The notes: a model not told the origin generated them from the letters alone. Positions 20,451 to 30,665 are shown, counted from the first letter of the stretch. The stretch: DNA of 64,000 nucleotides from Microcoleus sp. (GCA_042408215.1 JAYFMW010000030.1:544001-608000); one strand, 5' to 3'. Translations and numbers: made by a program.

Positions 20451-21600
20451 ATATTGTTACAACCAATCAATTGTACACTTAAGGAAGCACGGTAAAGTAT
20501 CTAAATATGATTTAAGGAAACTAATTCTCAATCATGCACAGGATTGGGTTAAAGAATGTCCATACAATCCTAAAGGTGAAGCAGTTTTAGATGCTTATGA
20601 TGCTTTTGTTGAAAGCAGTAAGCACGGAACCAAACAAGCCGAAGCAGGTAGATTTAGGAGTTGGCGGGATAGTAAACGAGCGCTCAAATTTCAACCAAAA
20701 AATTACTCCAATGGCACTTGGTATTGCCATGAAACCAAGGATTTAAAGTTTAAAGCTTCTGAGACACTACCAACTTTAGACATTGAATATCAGGCCAAAC
20801 AAAAGGACAAATCCTTTAAACCTCGTATTCGCCAACAATCCTGGAATGCCTCAACTCAGCTCGTGTATGACAAGAAACGTTGGTTTGCCATATTTCCTGT
20901 TGAGTTTGAAAGAACCTACTCAGACCAAGAAACAATGATAGCGTTAGATCCTGGAGTTAGGTCTTTCTTGACTGGATTTGATGGTAGCAAGTTCGTTGAC
21001 ATTGGCAATAATGACATATCCAAAATATATAGGTTGTGTCGTTTTATTGATGGATTGATTTCTCATAAATCCCTGTTAAAAGGACGGAAAAATAAACGAC
21101 AACGCCACAGGAAGCAGCGTCAGATTGATAGTTTGTTGCTCCGTGTTCGCCACCTAATAGATGAGTGTCATAAAAAAGTAGCTAAATGGCTAACTACTGA
21201 ATATAGATTAATCTTCCTCCCGACTTTTGAGACTTCCCAAATGGTAGCCAAGAGTGGGGTCAAGCCGAGAAAGATTAATTCTAAGACGGTTCGCCAAATG
21301 CTGAATTGGTCACATTATCGTTTCAAACAAGTATTAAAATTCCAAGCCTTTAAGCGTGGTGCAACCCTGTTAGATGTTACGGAAGAGTTTACCTCGAAAA
21401 CTTGCACGAAATGCGGTCATATCCACGTTAAATTAGGTGGCTCTAAAAAGTTTAAATGTCCCAAATGTGGACACGGACTGCCTAGAGACTGGAATGGCGC
21501 TTTGGGGATTTTCTTCAAAGCATTGCGAGATATTGCCGGACTGGATGCGATTGTATTCAGTACGCTAGGCCCGGAAAAATCCTCAAGTATCCGGGTTTGA
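19846..21600 (+). CDS. tnpB: IS607 TnpB (pro-Fanzor-like), start uncertain, overlaps tnpA
   Basis: ALDPG, TEEFTSKTCTKCG, CPKCG..RDWNGA. Confidence 0.85.
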   Translation: MSHQQMRLELWESTNEPLDVGKRTVKSQRSEHQGAKDVTTSQDLQLSLSALRSSTPASQAPSKETTYSVNVNIYNLNTLQQKLSQKLAEDSITSGKSFSPYWNELCQEMSNALLSHTKTDSPDLGLISSLGSVSKTLAKSWFSTKLNYLPNAKWLKTSLPSSIASHPDCMDLESTSLKSLKIRIYPEPKLHQIWQKWLAATKYCYNQSIVHLRKHGKVSKYDLRKLILNHAQDWVKECPYNPKGEAVLDAYDAFVESSKHGTKQAEAGRFRSWRDSKRALKFQPKNYSNGTWYCHETKDLKFKASETLPTLDIEYQAKQKDKSFKPRIRQQSWNASTQLVYDKKRWFAIFPVEFERTYSDQETMIALDPGVRSFLTGFDGSKFVDIGNNDISKIYRLCRFIDGLISHKSLLKGRKNKRQRHRKQRQIDSLLLRVRHLIDECHKKVAKWLTTEYRLIFLPTFETSQMVAKSGVKPRKINSKTVRQMLNWSHYRFKQVLKFQAFKRGATLLDVTEEFTSKTCTKCGHIHVKLGGSKKFKCPKCGHGLPRDWNGALGIFFKALRDIAGLDAIVFSTLGPEKSSSIRV

Positions 21601-21716
21601 AGTATCTGTTAACTCGATTTTACAATTTTTATGCTAACGGATTTGAGATCAAGTAAAAAAAATATGAGAAATCAGGAAAAATTAGTAATTCTGATTTTTT
21701 GCTTTGAGCTGAAAAA

Positions 21717-23030
21717 GTGACAGTACACGTAGTTGGTATAGGTTTAGATGGAGCTGCTGGGCTGAGTGAGTCGGCGCGGCTGGTTGTAGAAATGGCCGCT
21801 CTATTAGTAGGGAGCGATCGGCATTTGAGCTATTTTCCCACCGCACCAGCAGAGCGCTGGGTGTTGTCAGATTTGACCGAGGCAATTCTGGAAATTCGGC
21901 GCTGGTTGGCTCCTGGAACCGATTTAGAGCCTGCTGCGGAGACGGTAGAATCCTCCCCTGGGCCCTCGGCTCAACTAATTGTGATTTTGGTGGCCGGCGA
22001 TCCCCTGTTCTACGGCTGGGGAAAGTTACTAATTGCCCAATTGCCGCCAGAAAAATTGACTTTTCACCCCCATGTCAGTTGTGTACAGTTGGCTTTTAAT
22101 CGCTTGAGAATCCCTTGGCAAGATGCTCATTGTATAGGAGCTCAAGGACGCTATTTTGAGGAGCTGACGGCGAAGCTGAAGGCTGGTGCGGAGAAGATTG
22201 CGGTGCTGGCGGACGAAAATCATACTCCGGCTGCACTGGCAAAGTTGGTGAAAGCTCTAGATTTGCCGACACGCTACGAGTTTTGGGTTTGCGAAAATTT
22301 GGGAGGGGCTGATGAACGGGTAAGCCGATCGCCTCTGGAAGCTTTGCTGAGAGAGTCTTTTGCACCGCTGAGCGTGGTGGTGATGCTGCGCTCGTCGCCG
22401 ATCGCGGCGGTCCCTTTGGATTTGACGAAATTGCCTTTGTTGGGAATACCGGATGCAGCTTTTATCGGTTGCGGCGATCGCCCGGGTTTGACGGTAGAAC
22501 GGGAAGTGCGGGTGCTGGTGTTGGCCCAATTGGCTCTACAACCGGGACAGGTTGTTTGGGATGTGGGTGCTGGAAATGGTTCTGTGTCGATCGAAATTGC
22601 TCGCTTGTTTCCTGATTCTCAGGTGTACGCGATCGAAAAAACGGTTTCTGGTACTTGTGCGATCGAACTTAACTTTAGCCGCTTTGGGGTTAAAAATGGG
22701 ACCTCGATTCACGGTAGCGCCCCGGAAATCTTGCACCGTTTGCGCCCCCCGCACCGGATTTTTATTGGGGGTAGTGGTGGCGGGTTAACTAAAATTTTGG
22801 GTGTTTGCGCTTTGCGGCTGTTACCTGGGGGTTCGATGGTCCTGGCTTTGGCTACTTTGGAACATATTGGCACTGTTTTGAGTTGGATGGACGATCGGGT
22901 GCGCCGGGAACCGCACTGGAGTTACCGGATTGTGCAGGTGCAGTTGTCGCGTTCTATACCTGTGGGTAATTTGACTGGTTTTGAGGCGCTGCATCCGATC
23001 GCGATTGTGACGATCGATCGGTTAGATTAA
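21717..23030 (+). CDS. cbiET: Bifunctional precorrin-6Y C5,15-methyltransferase (CbiE/CbiT)
   Basis: VVGIG, GDPLFYG, ENLGG and WDVGAGNGSVSIE motifs. Confidence 0.9.
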   Translation: MTVHVVGIGLDGAAGLSESARLVVEMAALLVGSDRHLSYFPTAPAERWVLSDLTEAILEIRRWLAPGTDLEPAAETVESSPGPSAQLIVILVAGDPLFYGWGKLLIAQLPPEKLTFHPHVSCVQLAFNRLRIPWQDAHCIGAQGRYFEELTAKLKAGAEKIAVLADENHTPAALAKLVKALDLPTRYEFWVCENLGGADERVSRSPLEALLRESFAPLSVVVMLRSSPIAAVPLDLTKLPLLGIPDAAFIGCGDRPGLTVEREVRVLVLAQLALQPGQVVWDVGAGNGSVSIEIARLFPDSQVYAIEKTVSGTCAIELNFSRFGVKNGTSIHGSAPEILHRLRPPHRIFIGGSGGGLTKILGVCALRLLPGGSMVLALATLEHIGTVLSWMDDRVRREPHWSYRIVQVQLSRSIPVGNLTGFEALHPIAIVTIDRLD

Positions 23031-23216
23031 TGTCGGAATTTTTACTGCAATTTAATGCAGGTTGATGGCTGTTTTATCTGTGTTTTTTTGTGGTTTCTGT
23101 TCTCGCTTAGTTGAATCTATTCTTTTTTTTTACCGCAGAGGGCGCAGAGGGCGCAGAGGAAGTGAGGAAGTGAGGAAGTGAATGGGTCTTTTTTCAGGGG
23201 TTTTGGGTATTATGTT

Positions 23217-24086
23217 TTAATTTTTTATTGACAAAAGCACGGCTGCTGTTGCTAGCAATAACAGGATTCCGGCTGCACCTGCTAGGGGTTTTTCTGCTAT
23301 TCCTGTAATCCATTCGGGTACGCTGGAAGTAGGCTTAATTGCGCCTTCTGTGTCTAAGGTAGTTATACCCCAAATCCAAGCTGCGTGAATGCCGATCGCT
23401 AATCCTAAACTGCCATTGTCTGCTATGCGACCTAGTGTTAATACCATCCCCATTAGCCATAATCCTGGTAGTTGAGGTAGGGTTTCTTTTGTTTCCCAAA
23501 TTAGGTGGGCGATGGCGAAAATTAAACTGGCGATCGCTGCTGCTATTAGCACTGAGTAATCTTGCTGGAGTATTGTTTGGAAGCAGCCACGAAAGATTAA
23601 CTCTTCTGTGCCGCTAATCCACAGTGCTAATAACAGAGTCAGGATACTAGAATGGCTCAGGATTAAGCGCCAAGGATTAATGATTTTTTCGCCTGTTTCG
23701 GTGGATTTTTCGCCCCTTTGTATCTCAATCCAGCCGGCGGTTAATTGCAGACTGAATAAAATTACTAAGCTGATTATTCCGATTCCTAATCCCCGCAGTA
23801 ATGACATCACAACTGCGGGTTCCCAATACCAACCCCAGTCAGCAAAAGATGTATTTTCGATCCTGGTTGTTACCCATAAAATCAGGGGGACAATCAGGTA
23901 GAGGGAACCGAGTAAAGGTAGTTTTTTGTTTCCCAAGGGTTGGGGTGGATGCCATTTGAGGGCGATCGCTAGCGCAATCGCTACGGGAAGCCACAAACCA
24001 ACCCAAGTTGAGAAAAACCAGATTATTTTGACAATTGCTGGTATTGACGGCGACAGCAGTCGCAGGTTAGTTATGTTATTCCACAT
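23217..24086 (-). CDS. CPBP/Abi-family intramembrane glutamic protease
   Basis: EELIFRG, FAIAH, HAAW motifs; multiple TM segments. Confidence 0.85.
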   Translation of the reverse strand: MWNNITNLRLLSPSIPAIVKIIWFFSTWVGLWLPVAIALAIALKWHPPQPLGNKKLPLLGSLYLIVPLILWVTTRIENTSFADWGWYWEPAVVMSLLRGLGIGIISLVILFSLQLTAGWIEIQRGEKSTETGEKIINPWRLILSHSSILTLLLALWISGTEELIFRGCFQTILQQDYSVLIAAAIASLIFAIAHLIWETKETLPQLPGLWLMGMVLTLGRIADNGSLGLAIGIHAAWIWGITTLDTEGAIKPTSSVPEWITGIAEKPLAGAAGILLLLATAAVLLSIKN

Positions 24087-24306
24087 TTAACGGGTGGCGA
24101 TCGCCTCGCAACTAGAACAGATTATGGGACGATCGATCGTCAGTCCGATCGATTTCAACAAAAGTAACAACAAAGTATAACGATTTTGTTGTTACTTTTG
24201 ATCTCATGTCGGCATTCCTTCTTTGATCTCCGACATGACATGATTTATTAATTTATGTTCTACCCTTCGGCTACGCGAGCGGGCACCGCTTTTGATCGAG
24301 CAAGCT

Positions 24307-24738
24307 TTAATCCTCGGAATTATCGGCCTCTGCTTCTTCCAGCGAGCCATTATTTTCGTCCAAAGTGCGATCGCTATCCACTTGAATCAAGTGAATGTGC
24401 TTGTAGCCCAGCTTGATGTCAAACTTGTCTCCAGGTATTAACCCCATCGATTCGGTGTAAGTCGTACCTATCACAATTTGACCGTTTTTGTGGACTATGG
24501 CTCGATAAGTTGCTTCTCTACCTCGACCATCTTTCCTGCCTTCTTGACTTAAGGGAATACCCTTGGCCGCCAAGACTGCGTTGTAAAAACTGGTGAGATT
24601 AACGCGGATCTGTTGATTTTTTGTAGTCGAGTAATAGCCACAGAGCTTTGCGGTTTCTCGCCGGCGCAAGTGTTCGAGTTCTTTTACTTTTTGAAGCAGG
24701 GCTTTTCCTGTCAGTGGAGTTGTTGCAGTTTCTGTCAT
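24307..24738 (-). CDS. Cyanobacterial AbrB-like transcriptional regulator
   Basis: LTGKALLQKVK..CGYY..GRGREATYR..NGQIVIG..KLGYKHIHL. Confidence 0.9.
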   Translation of the reverse strand: MTETATTPLTGKALLQKVKELEHLRRRETAKLCGYYSTTKNQQIRVNLTSFYNAVLAAKGIPLSQEGRKDGRGREATYRAIVHKNGQIVIGTTYTESMGLIPGDKFDIKLGYKHIHLIQVDSDRTLDENNGSLEEAEADNSED

Positions 24739-24974
24739 CAAACTTTTTTGTAGAATTATAAATAATATATACTTAATGTCACCTGTTTTACTAAAAATAT
24801 TTAAGTAGGTCGCTCTAATTAAACGTAATCGGGTATCTGGCTGTTCTTTTAGATCGCTCGGCGATTGAAATCCCCTACTACACATAGGACGTTCGCTCCA
24901 GCGCCGACTGCATAAAAGACGGGTAAGAAAAGCGGATTTGGTATGACAACTGACTAATAACTAATAACTAATGG

Positions 24975-26015
24975 CTACCGATCGAGCTGACGCTGAATTT
25001 GCCTCAAAGATTGGTACATTTCTGGGAGGCGGCTGTAGATGGCTGCGGCTTTCAGAAATAGTTTGTGGGGAATTGCCGGCACACCAGTCACGATCGCACC
25101 TGCGGGCACGTCACTGTGAATTCCCGCTTTGGCTGTGGCGATCGCCCCGTCTCCGATTTTGGCTTGATTAGCAATTCCCACTTGACCAGCCAAAATCACA
25201 TTATTGCCAATTTTGACCCCGCCAGCCATGCCAACATGAGCAGCAAAAGCGCAATTTTTCCCCACTTGACAGCCGTGACCTACCTGTACTAAATTGTCAA
25301 TCTTGGTATTTTGACCGATGCGGGTTTCTCCAACAGCAGGCCTGTCAATGGTGCTGTTGCAGCCCACCTCAACGCTCTCTTCCAATACCGTGCATCCAGA
25401 CTGCTCCATTTTTACCCACCCGGAGGCTGTCGGCACGAACCCGAAACCTTCGCTCCCGATCGCCGCACCACTGTGAATCACGCAATTTGCCCCGATGCGA
25501 GTACGTTCGTGAATCACACAGTTAGCGTGTAAAACAGTGCCGGGGCCTATTTCCGCATCTGGGTAAATTACCACATTTGGGTGAATGCAAACATTGTTGC
25601 CAATTTTGACTCCGGCTTGAATAACGACGTGGGGGCCGATATAGACATTTTCACCAATTTGTGCTTCGGGGTGAATGGTGGCTGCGGGATGAATTTCTGC
25701 TGCTGGGCGAAAGGGTTGATAAAAAAGGGCGATCGTGTGAGCAAATAACAGTCGCGGATCGGCTGCGGCTATCCAAGCTATATTGCGATCGTCACATTCA
25801 GCCTGGAGGCTTTCATCTAAGGGCAGAATTAACGCCGAAGCATTTGTCGAGGCTGTATGAGAGGCAAATTTAGCACCTTCTATGTAACTGATTGTCCCCG
25901 ATGGGGCTTCATCAACTGGGGCGGGCCCAGTAATTTCTGGATCGGTAGCAACCGACGCTGTGAGGCTGCGACTGCTGGCTAAATTAAGTTTTTTTACTAT
26001 TTCGCTAAACTTCAT
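24975..26015 (-). CDS. lpxD: UDP-3-O-(3-hydroxymyristoyl)glucosamine N-acyltransferase
   Basis: Hexapeptide repeats; GSEGFGF, IDRPAVGET, KIDNLVQVGH. Confidence 0.95.
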   Translation of the reverse strand: MKFSEIVKKLNLASSRSLTASVATDPEITGPAPVDEAPSGTISYIEGAKFASHTASTNASALILPLDESLQAECDDRNIAWIAAADPRLLFAHTIALFYQPFRPAAEIHPAATIHPEAQIGENVYIGPHVVIQAGVKIGNNVCIHPNVVIYPDAEIGPGTVLHANCVIHERTRIGANCVIHSGAAIGSEGFGFVPTASGWVKMEQSGCTVLEESVEVGCNSTIDRPAVGETRIGQNTKIDNLVQVGHGCQVGKNCAFAAHVGMAGGVKIGNNVILAGQVGIANQAKIGDGAIATAKAGIHSDVPAGAIVTGVPAIPHKLFLKAAAIYSRLPEMYQSLRQIQRQLDR

Positions 26016-26116
26016 CTATAAAAATTCGCTATTAACAGAGATTCACCACTGTTAAAATTACCAGGTTTGGAGCACTATCTGAGCAGTTGGCATTAAAAAA
26101 ACAGTCCCACCCGACG

Positions 26117-26428
26117 AAAGAAACCGGGTTTTTCTTTAATCTGCGATGCTCCAAGGAAGTATTTTCGTAAAAAACCCGGTTTCTAGGGCCCCGCGATGAA
26201 AGAAACCGGGTTTTTCTTTAATCTGCGATGCTCTAAGGAAGTATTTTCGTAAAAAACCCGGTTTCTAGGGCCCCGCGACGAAAGAAACCGGGTTTTTCTT
26301 TAATCTGCGATGCTCCAAGGAAGTATTTTCGTAAAAAACCCGGTTTCTAGTTTTTCTTTAGTCTGCGATGCTCCAAGGAAGTATTTTCGTAAAAAACCCG
26401 GTTTCTAGGGCCCCATGTGTAAGTGCTA
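26117..26428. repeat. Tandem array of about 80-bp palindromic AGAAACCGGGTTTTT/AAAAACCCGGTTTCT units
   Basis: 3-4 near-identical units. Same family at 2342-2430, 10563-10665, 11300-11365 and 36530-37000. Confidence 0.85.
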
Positions 26429-26493
26429 CACAATAACAAGAGCCCCGACAACTTCTGCGAAGTCGGGGCTCTAACAGGAATTATTTTTGGCAG

Positions 26494-26808
26494 TTATTGG
26501 ACTGAAACTGCATCGACGTCAACGGTGCTGGTTTTAGCTTCAGAAGGGCTGTCGGTGGCTTGGGATGTTGAATTTGTCTGAGTCTGGCGGGATTTAAAAT
26601 AGTCGATCGACATTTGGGAAATTTCGGAAATCAGCAGCACTGCGATCGCCACATCGTCAATTTGTCCGACAACGGGTAGGAAATCGGGCGCAATGTCGAT
26701 CGGGCTTACCAGATATGCTAGGGTTCCGAGAATAATCCACCAGCGGTATTTGGGGTTGCGGATCGTGTCACGGTACCAATTGTAAACAGATTGTATTGAA
26801 AAGTTCAT
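26494..26808 (-). CDS. YkvA/DUF1232 family membrane protein
   Basis: YLVSPIDIAPDFLPVVGQIDD motif. Confidence 0.88.
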   Translation of the reverse strand: MNFSIQSVYNWYRDTIRNPKYRWWIILGTLAYLVSPIDIAPDFLPVVGQIDDVAIAVLLISEISQMSIDYFKSRQTQTNSTSQATDSPSEAKTSTVDVDAVSVQ

Positions 26809-27195
26809 AAAAAAAGCTCGGTAAGTGGGAAACTCAGAGTCTTCAGACCTGAGAGGGAAACTTTCGCGTGGGGTTTTAACCGCCGTCAGTATTGGATCTG
26901 ACCTTTCCCTTTCAGGATTGGAGGGGTATGGTTCCCCCTCCGGTGAGGTATGGTTGCTTCGCTCTCCCTTTCGGGGTTATGTTAGCTTCGCCAAAGTTAA
27001 CTAGGCTTGTGAGGCTAAATGCACTGTTCCAGTGACCTTAGAACTGTTTAACAAGTAGCGACAGAGCATGGAACTAGCTTCGCATCCCAGGGTGTCTTGA
27101 CCTAATTAACGTAGCCATTTAAGACTTAGGCTGGTCAATACAGCTTGCTTGATTGCTCTTACAAGCTCAGTCCCGGAGCGGGCTGGGTTACTGAC
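26809..27195 (-). mobile_element. Second non-autonomous HEARO/omegaRNA-like element
   Basis: GTCAGTAACCCAGCCC..GACCAGCCTAAG..CTACGTT..AAGACACC..GGATGC..GCTCTGTC..TTGGCGAAG..CCCGAAAGGG; ends immediately before the ATGA of the DUF1232 gene. Confidence 0.8.
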
Positions 27196-27915
27196 GGCGT
27201 TGTCCTCTACTTATATTCTCAATCTTGACAGATTGTCGATCGAAACGCTTGTGGAGATATCCCCCCTAGGGTTGGTTAGAGAATTCTACCTGGGAGTATT
27301 GGGAATTGGGATTGGGAGGATTGGGCAAGCTGTGTCAGTCGTCAGTTGGGCATACTTGGGCTCTTGGGCCTTGGGCCTTGGCAGCCTTCGGTTGACTCTT
27401 GGGATTAAATCCTCTGCTTCATCGGAATGGTCGTAAACTGAGGACACGGCACTGCCGTGTCCCTGACAACTGGCGTAGTGACACGGCACTGCCGAGACCT
27501 CGGACATACCGATGCAACCGGACACGATATGAGCGGTTGAAACCGCCCACTCCCTTGTATTTTCAGATTTTCAAACGGTTCGTACAGTGAACCGTTTTTT
27601 AGTATAAAATAACACTTAGATTTTTCAATGTTTTGAACAGAGCCGATCGCCTGAATTACTGACATTTCGATCGCTCAAACTCAGTCAAAAAAAACATTTA
27701 TTGATGCTCAATATTGTCTGAAACCATTGTATTGATTGACTCTCAGCATAATGTAACTTCTCACTCTGGGTATCAGTCATCCAATTTTCAGCATTACTGA
27801 CAACCCCGATATCGACATCAACTATCTAAGTACACATTTGCCAATTTAGTATAATAAAATACCCGTAAGTCAAAAAACGGATAGACCATGAATTTAATCC
27901 CAAAAACCCTCCCAC

Positions 27916-29028
27916 TCACGAAGCTTGAAACGTCCATCTTTGGTCGCCGATCGCAATTTCGCAGCCGGAAGTTAGCCAGAAAGGTTCGTTAGCGGCCAGT
28001 CTTTGTCCACCGACAAAAGTGCCGTTGGAACTGCCGCAATCTACAAGTTGATATCGCTGTTTTCCTTGTTCGTCATTGGCCCGGCGGATCTGAGCGTGGT
28101 GGCGGGAACTTTGCGGATCTTGTAACACTAATGTATTAGTCGGTTCCCGTCCGATTGTAAAGGGATTTGCTGTGAGGGCGATCGCCTGTCCAGAAAGTTT
28201 GTATACTAAATATGCGGTTGTTTGGCGATCGCTACTTGCTAATACCGTCGGTGCAAGTTGGGGGGGATTTCTCGCAGGTGGGAGACTGTTTTGAGCGAGT
28301 TGTTCTGTGAGTTGTCTTAAATCGCGATCGAATCCTGCTGTATCAGAAGCTGGCAGATTTGCAGGAGATTGAGCTGCTATTAAGTTTAACTGTTGTACGG
28401 GAGCTTGAGGCAGAATTGGCCGCCCTGCTTCGGCTATTCTCATTTGTAGGGCGGCGGAGTTTTCGGCTTCTTGTCTGGCGCTCATTCCTTCAACTTGGCG
28501 AATAACTCCGTTAGTTTCGGGAAAGCTGACATCGCCAATTCGCACATCTTCTAAGTTAAATCCTAATGTGTAGAAGTCTTGGACGCGATCGAGCAAGTTT
28601 TGGCGCAGCAACAGCCGTCCTTGACTGATAAGCTGGTTGAGGGGAATTTGCCCGATCGCAACTCCCATGCAATCTTTAACTGCACTTGCTAAAGCAGCGA
28701 TCGGATCGGACAATTCTAATGCTACTCTTTTCGGATCTATAACTTGATAAATAACTGTCAGTGTAGCATCAATTAAAAACCGATCTTTAGACAAAAAATC
28801 GCCCTGAGAGTGTACGTCTAAGTTGCGGAGTTTGGTGTCTACGAGAACAATTTGACACTGTTCGAGCAAGGGAAGGGCAAAGGTGAAATGCCGCCCCGCT
28901 TTCAGGGTACGCACGACGCGGCCGTTTTTGACCAGCAAACCCGCGTAACCGGCCCCGATAAAGTCCATGCTTAAGCCGGCCCAGCGTTCGGGTGTGACGG
29001 TTTGAATCAGGGGAGAAGCGTTGTTCAT
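27916..29028 (-). CDS. SPFH/band-7 domain + C-terminal FHA domain protein
   Basis: SPFH-like N-half; FHA motifs FTIGR, SRHHA, SSNGTFV. Confidence 0.8.
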   Translation of the reverse strand: MNNASPLIQTVTPERWAGLSMDFIGAGYAGLLVKNGRVVRTLKAGRHFTFALPLLEQCQIVLVDTKLRNLDVHSQGDFLSKDRFLIDATLTVIYQVIDPKRVALELSDPIAALASAVKDCMGVAIGQIPLNQLISQGRLLLRQNLLDRVQDFYTLGFNLEDVRIGDVSFPETNGVIRQVEGMSARQEAENSAALQMRIAEAGRPILPQAPVQQLNLIAAQSPANLPASDTAGFDRDLRQLTEQLAQNSLPPARNPPQLAPTVLASSDRQTTAYLVYKLSGQAIALTANPFTIGREPTNTLVLQDPQSSRHHAQIRRANDEQGKQRYQLVDCGSSNGTFVGGQRLAANEPFWLTSGCEIAIGDQRWTFQAS

Positions 29029-29197
29029 GGGAGGGAGTTCGAGGGAGGGGAGATTCTATTTTGAGAATAGCAAATTGCTGGGGGGCGCGATCGGGCGGTG
29101 TGCCGGTTCCGCAACTTCTATTCTATACTTCTGGAGTGCTAGGGATTCCGCCCGGACTGGATCTAGTTTGCATCTAGTTTGCATCTAGTTTGCACTG

Positions 29198-29362
29198 ATA
29201 CCAATTTAATGGGTCGTTGCACATATTTCGATCCGCCTAAATCCCCCTTAAGAAGGGAGTAGGGTGTGAGTAGGGGTTGACTTTGATCGGAATCTTGTCC
29301 CCCCCTTATTAAGGGGGGTTAGGGGGGATCAGATTCTATGCAACGACCTATAAAATTGGTAT
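29198..29362. repeat. MITE with TIR ATACCAATTT..GGTCGTTGCA and a G/C-run core (CCCCCTTAAGAAGGG)
   Basis: Inverted ends are visible. Related copies at 10088-10560; the core is also at 4421-4515. Confidence 0.7.
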
Positions 29363-29436
29363 GAGGGCGATCGAAATGCCGTTCGTAGGGTAATTTATTT
29401 GCTATACTTAAGGTATCATCCTAGTTTGTAAGCCAG

Positions 29437-29925
29437 ATGAACACGAGCGCGATCGCCCTTTCAGATGAGCGCCTCCTGAAGTTACAAAAAATCGCCAACG
29501 ACCTGAATCTATCAATAGAAGAGTTGGTATTAATAGGCATAGAAAACTTACTCGCACAGTCAGAAGTTTCTGCACCAAATCCCGCTCAAAATATCCTCAA
29601 CAAAAGTGCGGAAATTTCCGCAGAGGTAGTTGACAGATTTTATGCACTAGCCTCGGATTGGGAAAAAGAGGTTGCTGGACTTTCTTCAACTGCCCAAATG
29701 TCTCAGCATCCGGCGTATCTGGAAATTATTAATATGGGCCGTAAAATCGTGCCGCTGTTGCTATCGGAACTGAAAAGAAATCCCCTTTACTGGTTATCGG
29801 CGTTGAGTGCAATTACGGGCGAAAATCCCATTAAGCCCGAACAAAGGGGAAGGGTAAAACAGATGGCATCAGCTTGGATAGATTGGGGGAGAAATCAAGG
29901 CTACGCGATTGAATATAATGTATAG
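29437..29925 (+). CDS. Hypothetical protein with RHH-like N-terminus (antitoxin-like)
   Basis: LSDERLLKLQKIANDLNLSIEELV; overlaps the next gene. Confidence 0.6.
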   Translation: MNTSAIALSDERLLKLQKIANDLNLSIEELVLIGIENLLAQSEVSAPNPAQNILNKSAEISAEVVDRFYALASDWEKEVAGLSSTAQMSQHPAYLEIINMGRKIVPLLLSELKRNPLYWLSALSAITGENPIKPEQRGRVKQMASAWIDWGRNQGYAIEYNV

Positions 29926-30190
29926 AAGACCAGAATTTGAATTTAAGTGGCCCAATTTGTCTCGCACGGATTATCAAGTTACCAGTCTCAAATCTCAAGA
30001 ATATAACTGCTTTGCATGGGCTGCTGAGGAAGACGATCGTTGGTGGAAACCGATACCTGGAGAGCAATTTTATTGGCCTGATGGTGTGCCACAAGAGGAG
30101 ACTCTAGAAGCGTATATTCAGGCTTATGAGACGCTTTGGCATTGCTTTAGTATTACCGGGCTACCGCATCTACAGCACTTACCAAGGTAG
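29918..30190 (+). pseudogene. Probably truncated papain-like (YNCFAWA) protein
   Basis: NC motif present, but the ORF ends soon after YIQAYETL. Confidence 0.45.
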
Positions 30191-30255
30191 CTATGACCCT
30201 TGATAAGCATAAGCTTGACGGCATCACTCAAATTACTGCAAAAATTTTGCATTGT

Positions 30256-30465
30256 TCAGAGTAAATCTTCTTCAGATAGCTGGGCTATTTTCATTAAGGC
30301 TCTCAAGGTTCCAACTTTCAAATCTTGATTGCGGTGAACAGGAATTGACAAAATTTGCTCTAATTCTGGGTTTTCATAGATATGATGACTGCCAGTAATT
30401 CTTTTCAAAACCCAACCTTTCTGCTCTACTATTTTGCAAAGTTGTTTGCCAGAAATAGATTTCAT
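30256..30465 (-). CDS. hicA: HicA toxin
   Basis: GWVLKRITGSHHIY..IPVH..LKVGTL. Confidence 0.9.
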   Translation of the reverse strand: MKSISGKQLCKIVEQKGWVLKRITGSHHIYENPELEQILSIPVHRNQDLKVGTLRALMKIAQLSEEDLL

Positions 30466-30665
30466 ACAGCAATCTCCACAATTTTATCTGTGGAGGCAAC
30501 TGCTTCACGACTATTAGCAACTTCGAGCCAGCCGACCATAGCATCTTTTAAATTAATCATCACTTCTTCGATAGTGTCTCCTTCAGTAATGCACCCCGGC
30601 AGTGCGGGAACTTCTGCCCAATAGCCACCTTCTTCTGCTGGATGAATGATTGCTCTAATTTTCAT
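30462..30665 (-). CDS. hicB: HicB antitoxin
   Basis: GGYWAEVPALPGCITEGDTIEE; 4-bp overlap with hicA. Confidence 0.9.
   Translation of the reverse strand: MKIRAIIHPAEEGGYWAEVPALPGCITEGDTIEEVMINLKDAMVGWLEVANSREAVASTDKIVEIAV

Larger units (their letters stand above)
19765..21605 (+). mobile_element. IS607-family element nested in a MITE (ends approximate)
   Basis: Serine recombinase plus TnpB; MITE halves at 19662-19762 and 21606-21650. Confidence 0.8.

Noticed and set aside
21600..21717. Cobalamin riboswitch upstream of cbiET
   Set aside because: No B12-box seen; the region is an IS end plus a MITE half
26117..26428. Possible CRISPR array
   Set aside because: The 'spacers' are near-identical, and this is a dispersed repeat family seen throughout the window
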